Virus record (IMG/VR): IMGVR_UViG_3300026184_000250
Span: 1 to 9,244 of that record
Reading direction: 5' to 3' (one strand)
Length of the DNA stretch: 9,244 nucleotides
Below the pieces are notes generated by a model. The model was given only the letters and a program-made list of their open reading frames with translations. It ran no database searches and was not told the DNA's origin. Below, one piece after another: positions 1-7,135 of this stretch; the stretch's first letter is position 1; each line of letters begins with the position of its first letter. The translations under genes were made by a program, and so were the position numbers.

Positions 1-385
1 TAGACTGCATATTTCTAGATGCAGCATCAAACTCAGCCTGAGCCTCAGCAGTTACAGCTTCCTTAATTTCCTGCCTTTTTCCTGAAGGCATTAAAGCCTC
101 TATTATATAAGCAATAGGACTCATCTTTAATCCAAATCTGAGGAAGCCTTCGGGAACTATAGATGCTAATAGAGGCTGATTAAGTTTAGTTTCAGCAGTT
201 TGTAGTCTAGCAAAAGCCTTCTGGTAGCCCAATCCGAATTGCTCAAACTCCTTAGCGAAGCCAGCATAGTACTCTGGAGTTTCTGTAGGAGCAGGAAGGA
301 TAGGAGCCTCTCCACTAGTGTCTGTTACTAGTGATTCTCCTATTTCTCTAGAAGTCAACTTATGCGCACCTTTTATTTCTGGCAT
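1..385 (-). CDS. Gene downstream of portal, runs off the window edge; probable virion/structural protein (MPEIKGAHKLTSREIGESLVTDTSGEAPILPAPTETPEYYAG...)
   Basis: Not in the ORF track. ATG at 385 lies 1 nt after the portal TAA (387-389), preceded by AGAAGGA. The frame is open for 128 codons to the edge. Function is inferred from position only. Confidence 0.8.
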   Translation of the reverse strand, partial: MPEIKGAHKLTSREIGESLVTDTSGEAPILPAPTETPEYYAGFAKEFEQFGLGYQKAFARLQTAETKLNQPLLASIVPEGFLRFGLKMSPIAYIIEALMPSGKRQEIKEAVTAEAQAEFDAASRNMQS

Positions 386-386
386 A

Positions 387-2156
387 TTATCCTTCTATCT
401 CACCAGCTGACAGTTGTCTTCCAGCAGGAGTTCTTGGAGTTGCTTCGGGTCTTCCCATACCAGCAACCTTAGTAGTAGGCTGCTCAGGAGCCATAGCCCC
501 TGCTAACTGCTGTAGAGCCATATCCGCCATCATCTCATATAGATTAGCAGCTTCCATATCCTTAGCCTTATCTCTCAGATACGCTGCTTGTTCTCTATAG
601 TACTGAATCAGAGCTATCATACTATTACTAGGATGTGCCTCGGCCTGGTCAGCTCTTCTTTGTGCTCTCTCCTGTAGCGGGTCTCCAATATCAGGAAATA
701 ACTTTCTAGATACATAGCTATAACTCAACGCAAACTCTGGGTCTAGCATATGAGCAGTAGTAGCCCTTTGGATTAGGTCTCCAGGTATCTCTATCTCATA
801 CTCAGCAGATACTACGCTATAGTCTGGAAGCTTATCAGGATATTTCCAGCCATAAGGTTTGATACCTCTATCTCTTATATCTGCTAAATCATCATTGTCT
901 ATATCAGATAGTGCATCTATTATAGCCTGATGAAAAGGCTTCATTACTTGATTTGCTGAGGCAGCTATCTGGCTCATAACATAAGCAGTTATCTGTCCAG
1001 CTACAGCTCCATGCATAGCCCAACTAACTCCTCCTCTTTGCATCATAGCTTCTAGGTCAAGCTGGGTACTTCTCAATTCTAATGGTATAGGAGGAGTAGC
1101 CAAAAAGTCTACAGAATCATCAGGCCCTCCTCTGAATATAGCCCCACGCTTAAATACATCCTCAGGCTTTACTATAGCATGACCACTTCTACTACGCTCA
1201 AAGATTCTAGGTTGAGCAGTATCACGCAGAAGTTGTAGTGAGAATGTCCACCATCTATTCCAGGTCTTATAGATATTCTCATTAGTAGCTATAATAGACT
1301 GACCCAGCTCAGCCTTCCATCTATCTCCAGCCACTTTCTGAGTCTGTAGCTTTATTGTAGATGAGTATGTTGGTAGGTAGCCTTCTGTCAAAGTTCCCAT
1401 ATCAGGCAGACCACCTACAGGAGATATATAAATAGGAATCTTCTTAAATCTTGTAGGCTCAAACTTTACCAGACTATCGCCTATGACTATAGCGTTCCAT
1501 GCTATAGCAGTAAAGGGAAAATTGTCTGCTATCTCCATCCACCAATAGTCGTAAACTACTACATTGCGGCCTACAGTAGCCTGCCATTGAGGATAGGGAC
1601 TAGATAATTTCCAGTCATTACGCTTAGCCAGATTAACAGCTTGTTTAGCTGTAGTAGCGTAAATATGAGCTACTTCATCTAATCCTAGCATATTATCCCA
1701 CATAGGAAAAACCTCAGCAGGATTAAGAGGCTCCTTATAAGTTCTACTACCATCATCAGAGTTCATGCTGAGCATAGCATACCATCCAGTAGCAAGCATG
1801 AAGCCTATGAAGGTTCTCAATATGCCTCGCCTAGGATTTGACCTACGAAATGTATTATCAGCATCCTTCCAACTGATATTAAAGTACCTATTAACCTGAG
1901 ATACTGCACTTGCTACATTAAGGTCAGACATATCATAGTCTCTGACTCTATGAGGTATCTTGGTATCTAGAAGATGTAGTGTAAGATTATATAGTGCTCT
2001 GGGGTCATTACCCACAAAGGATTCCATCTTCTCCTGCTTAAGCTCGTCTATCATCTCTATAAGTCTATACCACCGCTTCATAGCCTCATTGCGAGGATTC
2101 CAGAAGGTCTTAAGCTCATTACAACGAGATACCACTTCATTTACATTTTGTTTCAT
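387..2156 (-). CDS. Phage portal (head-tail connector) protein, 589 aa
   Basis: Size, position two genes downstream of TerL, and portal-like layout (N-terminal helices, NDPRALYN, LNPAEVFP, KIPIYISP, helical stem, low-complexity Pro/Ala C-tail). ATGA overlap with the upstream gene. Confidence 0.8.
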   Translation of the reverse strand: MKQNVNEVVSRCNELKTFWNPRNEAMKRWYRLIEMIDELKQEKMESFVGNDPRALYNLTLHLLDTKIPHRVRDYDMSDLNVASAVSQVNRYFNISWKDADNTFRRSNPRRGILRTFIGFMLATGWYAMLSMNSDDGSRTYKEPLNPAEVFPMWDNMLGLDEVAHIYATTAKQAVNLAKRNDWKLSSPYPQWQATVGRNVVVYDYWWMEIADNFPFTAIAWNAIVIGDSLVKFEPTRFKKIPIYISPVGGLPDMGTLTEGYLPTYSSTIKLQTQKVAGDRWKAELGQSIIATNENIYKTWNRWWTFSLQLLRDTAQPRIFERSRSGHAIVKPEDVFKRGAIFRGGPDDSVDFLATPPIPLELRSTQLDLEAMMQRGGVSWAMHGAVAGQITAYVMSQIAASANQVMKPFHQAIIDALSDIDNDDLADIRDRGIKPYGWKYPDKLPDYSVVSAEYEIEIPGDLIQRATTAHMLDPEFALSYSYVSRKLFPDIGDPLQERAQRRADQAEAHPSNSMIALIQYYREQAAYLRDKAKDMEAANLYEMMADMALQQLAGAMAPEQPTTKVAGMGRPEATPRTPAGRQLSAGEIEG

Positions 2157-2416
2157 ACTATTACTCCAAGTACTAATGATACTGCTCCTGCTACAGAGAA
2201 TATAAAGGTAGCAAATCCTACTACTGTTCCAGCAGAGTAGTAGTGATGCTCCTTCCTAATACTCTCAACAAGCTTATCTGTTGGTTCATACCTGCTCTGC
2301 CAAGGACAGTAACCATCAGCTATTCCCTCTATAAGAGCATGAACCTCATTAGGAGTGCTTAAGAACTCAGGAAGCTTAAGTCCACCTAGAAACGCCTTAA
2401 TACTAGAAAACTTCAT
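2153..2416 (-). CDS. Small membrane protein, 87 aa, with a C-terminal hydrophobic segment
   Basis: Start reassigned from 2476 to ATG 2416, which forms an ATGA overlap with the upstream stop. C-terminus VVGFATFIFSVAGAVSLVLGVIV is a probable TM helix. Its own stop overlaps the portal ATG. Confidence 0.75.
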   Translation of the reverse strand: MKFSSIKAFLGGLKLPEFLSTPNEVHALIEGIADGYCPWQSRYEPTDKLVESIRKEHHYYSAGTVVGFATFIFSVAGAVSLVLGVIV

Positions 2417-2979
2417 ATTATTACTACTGCTCCTTCTAGCACATAGAATGGGAGGTCTTTGTCCTCCCAGTACCATATCTGGTCATTCTGTGGCTCTAGT
2501 AGCATAATGTCCCTATTTGGAAAAACAGCCAAGTTGTAAGCATGACCAGCTTGATAATCTAGTACTACTCCAACCTGATTTATACCATACTGGTCAGCAT
2601 GAGCCTTAAAGCTAATAGCAAAGTTACCGCACATAAAGGACTTACGATACTCAAACTGGTCAACCCAATCCCAAGCTACAAACTTTATAAATCCTTCTTT
2701 GTTAGTTAGCCTAAACTCAGGGCCTAGGGGCAGACGGATAACATTAGCTTTGAAGTCAGCTAGTACAGTCTGAACCCACTCAGTGTCCTTCTCCACAACA
2801 TACTCAAGCTCTGGTGGAGGAGGATGAGATAGCAAGCTCTCTAAGTATTCAACTCTGATATTAGCGTCATTCAAATCACCTGCTAGAGTATCTTTCTCTG
2901 TATAACACTTAGCAAGCTCACGATTACAGTTCTCGCTACATCCTAGAAAGCTGCATATGAATCCTTTTAATCCTTCCAT
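2413..2979 (-). CDS. Papain/transglutaminase-like cysteine protease (MOA Agglutinin_C-like domain) with N-terminal coiled coil, 188 aa
   Basis: Start reassigned to ATG 2979 (AAAGGAG 8 nt upstream, just after the TerL stop). Motifs FMCGNFA, GHAYN and LEPQND give a putative triad C117-H146-E162, matching the xCxxFA / HAYN / EPQ pattern of MOA-type domains. Confidence 0.7.
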   Translation of the reverse strand: MEGLKGFICSFLGCSENCNRELAKCYTEKDTLAGDLNDANIRVEYLESLLSHPPPPELEYVVEKDTEWVQTVLADFKANVIRLPLGPEFRLTNKEGFIKFVAWDWVDQFEYRKSFMCGNFAISFKAHADQYGINQVGVVLDYQAGHAYNLAVFPNRDIMLLEPQNDQIWYWEDKDLPFYVLEGAVVII

Positions 2980-2995
2980 ACTTCTATCTCCTTTC

Positions 2996-4678
2996 CTACC
3001 ATTCATCAGGCCATCCAGCCGAGCCTGCATAACCTCTCTGTACTGACTGAGCATTTCTGCATACTATAGCAATAGCACCAGCGTCGTGATGGTCATCTGC
3101 ACCTACCACTAAGATTCCACTCTTGCTCATAGGATTTCTACGGATATTCTTACACTGGCTCCAGAATCGTATGTCCTGACAGTCTATATGTTCAAGGTGT
3201 CTACTAACCTCAGTAACCATATAAGGCTTAGTGGATAGATTAGTCTGCCAGCCTATTGCTTTTACAAGCTTACCAGTTCTTACATCCTCCCTATAGTATA
3301 GGTCAGGATAATCTCTAAGATGACTAACTATATCTAGATTATCTTCTGGAGCTATTACCGCATTATTGTAGTAATGTGCTACTTCCTTCATCAGCAGAGC
3401 CATTTCCCACTCATCATAAAAGCCTGCTAGTGTAGCACAATGCTGCATAACTGGAGGAATTTCCTTATCATCCTTACTTTTATAGCCCTCAAGAAAGTGC
3501 CATACATGACCTACTGACTCAGACGTTTTCCCTTTGCCTGGGTCTATAGATACTATATAACCTAAACTATCTTCTCTGTCACACCAGATATCTAATGTAG
3601 CAGATATAGTATCTTTAGTTCTTGAGTCAGTAGCTACTATATTCTTCTGGCTTTTAGCGGGTATACAGTAGTGTATCTTATCAACTATAACATCAGAGCT
3701 GTAAGCTTGGTCTCCTGCTACCAGAAAGCAATTCTCATCATCCTCAGGAAATTCCTGCTCAAATAGAAGAACAGTATCGCCACTTCTTCTAAGGCTAGCT
3801 ATCTCAGCTTTCTTATACCTTCTCCATCTAAGCTTAGCCATAGCATCCTGTTCAGACATATCATAGATGTCCATGAGAACCTGCATTAACAGTACTTCAT
3901 CTGACTGGATATTAGATAGTGGGTCTTTATTGTCTTCATCTAGGCAGAATGGGTCTTCAGCATACATAATATACTCTGGTTGAATATACCAAGGATAGAA
4001 GTGGTGCCTATAGACTGATTTGGCTACAGAAGTTCCTTCCTTAGCTGCTCTATACATCTCACAGAAATCATTATCTTCTCCATTAGGAGTAGATAATACT
4101 CTTATTTTAGTTCCAGGCTTAGCAGGAACTCTCTGAGCAGCTGATGCAAACACCAATTCATGCGTTCCTTCAAACCAGAATCCGTACTCATCTAGTAGTA
4201 GATTATGTATTGGCTCTCCCCTACCAATAGTATAGCTCCTAGAGCTAAAAATATACATGATAGAGTAGAATGGATGCTTAGTATCCTTAGTTACCCATGT
4301 TAACTCCTCAGCGCTTTTATGCTCAAGCTTAGGAATAGTAGGAATCCTTCTTTCCAGAAACTGATGAAACCGCTTGGCTTTGATGATAAGACGCTTAGCA
4401 TTGGTCTCATCATAGCTAATAATAACTGATACAGTTCCACTAAGAGTTATATTATCAAGATAGAAATCAGCTAGATGAAGGGATGTTGCCCCTACAGATG
4501 CTGGCTTAACATAGATATCTCTAAATGTAGAAGTCTGAAGCATATCTAGCTGAATAGGATTAAGGATGAACGGAACTAATCTTCGTTCCTTATCCTCTAT
4601 CTGGAGTAAGGACTCCATAGTGAGCCGTCTATCTGAGAATAAAGCTTCAGCAGCTTCATCCTGCGATATAGTCTGCAT
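2996..4678 (-). CDS. terL: Terminase large subunit, 560 aa
   Basis: Adenine-binding LNPIQ, deviant P-loop VKPASVGATS, Walker B LLLDEYGFW preceded by GRG, motif III STPNG, FEQEFPE linker, and RNase H-like acidic residues (SIDPGKG, APEDN, ADDHHD). SD AGGAG 5 nt before ATG. Confidence 0.93.
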   Translation of the reverse strand: MQTISQDEAAEALFSDRRLTMESLLQIEDKERRLVPFILNPIQLDMLQTSTFRDIYVKPASVGATSLHLADFYLDNITLSGTVSVIISYDETNAKRLIIKAKRFHQFLERRIPTIPKLEHKSAEELTWVTKDTKHPFYSIMYIFSSRSYTIGRGEPIHNLLLDEYGFWFEGTHELVFASAAQRVPAKPGTKIRVLSTPNGEDNDFCEMYRAAKEGTSVAKSVYRHHFYPWYIQPEYIMYAEDPFCLDEDNKDPLSNIQSDEVLLMQVLMDIYDMSEQDAMAKLRWRRYKKAEIASLRRSGDTVLLFEQEFPEDDENCFLVAGDQAYSSDVIVDKIHYCIPAKSQKNIVATDSRTKDTISATLDIWCDREDSLGYIVSIDPGKGKTSESVGHVWHFLEGYKSKDDKEIPPVMQHCATLAGFYDEWEMALLMKEVAHYYNNAVIAPEDNLDIVSHLRDYPDLYYREDVRTGKLVKAIGWQTNLSTKPYMVTEVSRHLEHIDCQDIRFWSQCKNIRRNPMSKSGILVVGADDHHDAGAIAIVCRNAQSVQRGYAGSAGWPDEW

Positions 4679-4690
4679 ATAAGCTCCTAC

Positions 4691-4795
4691 TTACCTTTTC
4701 TGAGGTTTCCCTATAGGCCCTTTACCTCCTCCTCTTCCTAGTCCTATTCCTGCTCCCTTACTCCTAATTCTACTTCCAGGACATCTTCTAGCCAT
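4691..4795 (-). CDS. Unannotated 34-aa basic Gly-rich peptide MARRCPGSRIRSKGAGIGLGRGGGKGPIGKPQKR
   Basis: Fills the gap between the holin-like gene and TerL. GGGAGG lies just upstream of ATG 4795, the start overlaps the upstream stop by 8 nt, and the TAA abuts the TerL SD. Confidence 0.75.
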   Translation of the reverse strand: MARRCPGSRIRSKGAGIGLGRGGGKGPIGKPQKR

Positions 4796-5057
4796 GACTC
4801 CTCCCATTCATTCTTTGTAAAGTTGTTACTAACTCTTGCAAAGCCTTAGTATTCTCCTCTCTAGTATTCTGCTCGCTCTCAATCATACCTGCCAACTGTT
4901 TCCTATCTTCCCTAAGTCTATTCTCATGCCCAGAGCATATATCCGCTATCCTTCTTTCACTAGATTCTCTATCTCTCCTATACATCAGAAAGATTATGCC
5001 AGCTAGGATAGCTACAGCTCCCCCATTGGCTAGTGCTTCGATGATAGCTTGCTCCAT
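4788..5057 (-). CDS. BhlA/UviB-like holin candidate, 89 aa
   Basis: Single N-terminal TM segment (GGAVAILAGIIFLMY) followed by RRD and a charged coiled coil, the BhlA/UviB architecture. TAATG overlap with the upstream gene. Confidence 0.6.
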   Translation of the reverse strand: MEQAIIEALANGGAVAILAGIIFLMYRRDRESSERRIADICSGHENRLREDRKQLAGMIESEQNTREENTKALQELVTTLQRMNGRSHG

Positions 5058-5239
5058 TATCTTTTTCTTAGCTTAAGTGTCACTGGAGTTCTAGAAGCAG
5101 GCTTGCTAGTACTCTGCCTCTTTCTAGTCTCCCTGCCTACACTTCTAGGTTCTTTCCTTCCAATACGACTAGCTTGAGCTCTTCTGATATTTCGTCTAGA
5201 TGCTTGAGCCTGCTTAGCTGTCCTTGCTCTTCTCACCAT
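5057..5239 (-). CDS. Small very basic Arg-rich protein, 60 aa; possible nucleic-acid-binding core protein
   Basis: 22 of 60 residues are R/K, with an internal AQASR duplication. It overlaps both neighbours in the operon. Function is inferred. Confidence 0.65.
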   Translation of the reverse strand: MVRRARTAKQAQASRRNIRRAQASRIGRKEPRSVGRETRKRQSTSKPASRTPVTLKLRKR

Positions 5240-5774
5240 CGGAAGTTACTCTTATCCTATCAGTCCTAGTTATCTCAACACTCCTAAGCTTATCCTGATT
5301 ATTGGTTATAAACTCAGAAAAGTTCCACCCATCACTGCTAATACCTCTCATAGCCTGCTCAAGGATTTGTAGCTGTTGAGGTGTGTATGCAGTACGGAGT
5401 TTTAGGAGATATTCATGCTCCTGTCTAGTCATTATCTCCTCTTCTATAGATTTCCTGAGGATTCTATAATCTTTCTCAAGAACTAGCTTGAAGTTGCGAA
5501 AGAAGTCTAGCTCTATATATTCCTTGCTGAGCTCCTTCCTTATTTCGGGTATCCTTAGTTCAAGCTGGCTAAATGCAGTATCCCTACGTTGCTCATCTAG
5601 CCAGGTCATATCTAGACCCAGCATATATAGAGCTTCTTCGATAGTAATTCCACATGCTAGATAGCCAAAGTATTTAGCTCTATTATCATCTCTACGCCAG
5701 GGAAGGAGAGTCTGAGCTATAGCAACTTCAGATGGAGTATCTGAGTTAGGAGGCACAGTGGTAGGTTCTATCAT
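5214..5774 (-). CDS. Terminase small subunit candidate (N-terminal HTH), 186 aa
   Basis: First gene of the packaging operon. HTH-like segment CGITIEEALYMLGLDMTWLDEQRRDTAF is followed by helices. The ORF-track start at 5792 falls inside the promoter spacer, so ATG 5774 is preferred. Confidence 0.6.
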   Translation of the reverse strand: MIEPTTVPPNSDTPSEVAIAQTLLPWRRDDNRAKYFGYLACGITIEEALYMLGLDMTWLDEQRRDTAFSQLELRIPEIRKELSKEYIELDFFRNFKLVLEKDYRILRKSIEEEIMTRQEHEYLLKLRTAYTPQQLQILEQAMRGISSDGWNFSEFITNNQDKLRSVEITRTDRIRVTSDGEKSKDS

Positions 5775-5782
5775 ATCAGTAT

Positions 5783-5811
5783 AGTATAACATTGTGTACT
5801 AGTGTTGTCAA
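5783..5811 (-). promoter_or_regulatory. Sigma70/sigmaA promoter for the packaging operon, leaderless or nearly so
   Basis: TTGACA (5811-5806), 17-nt spacer, TGn-TATACT (5788-5783). ATG follows 8 nt later with no SD. Confidence 0.8.
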
Positions 5812-5858
5812 GGATACAAATACATATTATTATTTATTGTCATTAGTGAATAAGATGG

Positions 5859-5887
5859 TTGACAACTATATCCTGATATGATATAAT
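5859..5887 (+). promoter_or_regulatory. Consensus sigma70/sigmaA promoter, leaderless
   Basis: TTGACA (5859-5864), 17-nt spacer, TGn-TATAAT (5882-5887). ATG 5894 is 6 nt downstream. Confidence 0.88.
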
Positions 5888-5893
5888 ATGGTT

Positions 5894-6088
5894 ATGAAGT
5901 GTGAGATATGTGGAAGAAGTAATCTAACTGCTAGAGAGCTAGCAGTACATAGAAAGCTTTTCCATAATGAACAGCCTCAGCAGATTAGTCCTATGTCTGC
6001 TAAGGTATGTCCTGACTGTGGAGCTGCACTAGTTCTTCAGGAAGGTTGTGAGTATTGTAGCATATGTGGATACAGTAAATGTGGATAA
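5894..6088 (+). CDS. 64-aa double zinc-finger protein (C2H2 plus NrdJ-tail-like Zn ribbon)
   Basis: CEIC-x12-H-x4-H, then CPDCGAALVLQEGCEYCSICGYSKCG. Start placed at the expected transcription start. Confidence 0.8.
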   Translation: MKCEICGRSNLTARELAVHRKLFHNEQPQQISPMSAKVCPDCGAALVLQEGCEYCSICGYSKCG

Positions 6089-6153
6089 GATGATAAGTAT
6101 AAAAGAAATATAATTATAATTCCGTATCAGATAGAACTAGGAACATTGAGCAA

Positions 6154-6336
6154 ATGTTAGCTAAGTTAATATGCAAGTTATTCAAGCATAGATGGCTCTT
6201 TGAAATAGGAGTAATAGACCCGCCCAGTAAGAGCATCTGTCATATACCTAGTAGTGAAATTAAACTCATATTCTGTACTAGGTGTGGAAAGATTATATAT
6301 GATAGAGAGGAGATACTAAAATTGACATCTGGCTAA
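6154..6336 (+). CDS. DUF1660-like small phage Zn-binding protein, 60 aa
   Basis: LICKLFKHRW...CTRCG pattern typical of DUF1660-like prophage proteins. Confidence 0.65.
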   Translation: MLAKLICKLFKHRWLFEIGVIDPPSKSICHIPSSEIKLIFCTRCGKIIYDREEILKLTSG

Positions 6337-6791
6337 CTGTCTGTCGTAAAACTGTTCCTAAGTGTGCTTACTGCGGAGAACCTATACACTTGGGGGAGAT
6401 AATGGTAGCTGGCAGGATATGGAAGACTAGAGATGGAAAGGTAAGGAGATTTGTAAAGAACTTAAGATGGCACGGACAGAAGATAGTAAACCCAGAAGAG
6501 CCTCCAATATGCTGCTGGCTAGAAGCAGGTCTAGAGTATCTACGAACTCACCCAAAAGAAGAGACAAGAGGAAGAAAGCAGCTTCAGCTAACAAAAGCAC
6601 AAAAAATAGAAAGGTCAAAGATATCAAGACAAAGGGCAAGGTTAGTCCAAAAACTAAAGACACTAATGGAAGTTCCCCTAGCAAATCAGGAGCAAAAGGA
6701 TATAAACGATATAATAAAGATAGGAAGCCAGATAGAACAGTTGAAAGAGAGGATAATACCACTAGGAGGACTGCCTCCGAACTGGGAATAG
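6321..6791 (+). CDS. Zn-finger plus coiled-coil protein, about 156 aa, probable ATT start
   Basis: The frame is open from 6306. GAGGAG (6307-6312) lies 8 nt before ATT 6321. The extension beyond TTG 6390 supplies RKTVPKCAYCGEPIHLGE, completing a CxxC...WH...C Zn site. Confidence 0.65.
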   Translation: MDIWLTVCRKTVPKCAYCGEPIHLGEIMVAGRIWKTRDGKVRRFVKNLRWHGQKIVNPEEPPICCWLEAGLEYLRTHPKEETRGRKQLQLTKAQKIERSKISRQRARLVQKLKTLMEVPLANQEQKDINDIIKIGSQIEQLKERIIPLGGLPPNWE

Positions 6792-7135
6792 AATGGATAG
6801 GAGATTATTGCCCAGACAATAAACCCCATAACTTAATATGTATATATGAGTTGCATGGCGGAAGCTTATTTAGGTGTAGTAATTGTAGAAAGTATATATG
6901 GCTTCCTACATTTATTAAGGATGCTGCTAAGCTCGATAGTCTCATTGACAGCTATGGAACTACTACTGGGTATTGCAAGTATCTTGATACTAATAGAAGT
7001 GCTAAGATGCTAGTAGCTAAGCTGCAAGACCTATGGTATGCTAGAGCTAAGATTAAGGATGATAGGAAGTTTACTAAATTGGTAGTTAGAACTATGGAAG
7101 ACAGCGAGTATGATAGGAGGAACAATGGCACTTAA
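6782..7135 (+). CDS. Hypothetical Zn-binding protein, about 117 aa, start uncertain
   Basis: The C-terminal part of ORF 6467..7135 looks coding (CPDNKPH...CSNC). AGGAGG 6764-6769 precedes in-frame CTG 6782 and ATA 6788, which overlap the upstream stop. Confidence 0.55.
   Translation: MGIEWIGDYCPDNKPHNLICIYELHGGSLFRCSNCRKYIWLPTFIKDAAKLDSLIDSYGTTTGYCKYLDTNRSAKMLVAKLQDLWYARAKIKDDRKFTKLVVRTMEDSEYDRRNNGT

Noticed and set aside
1960-2205. Plus-strand 81-aa ORF
   Set aside because: Antisense shadow of the portal and membrane genes, with no SD or promoter.
2417-3054. Longer ORF-track starts at 2476 and 3054
   Set aside because: They overlap upstream genes. Better starts exist at 2416 (ATGA coupling) and 2979 (strong SD).
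6000-6088. nrdJ pseudogene remnant
   Set aside because: No RNR catalytic sequence upstream. The motif sits in an intact small ORF with its own promoter.
6427-6762. Minus-strand Leu/Phe-rich 111-aa ORF
   Set aside because: The hydrophobicity is an artefact of reading an A-rich plus-strand gene in reverse.
6467-6781. Lys/Arg-rich N-terminal half of the 222-aa ORF as a histone-like domain
   Set aside because: No SD at 6467 and fully nested in another gene. The composition fits an off-frame reading, so it is kept only as an alternative in the findings.
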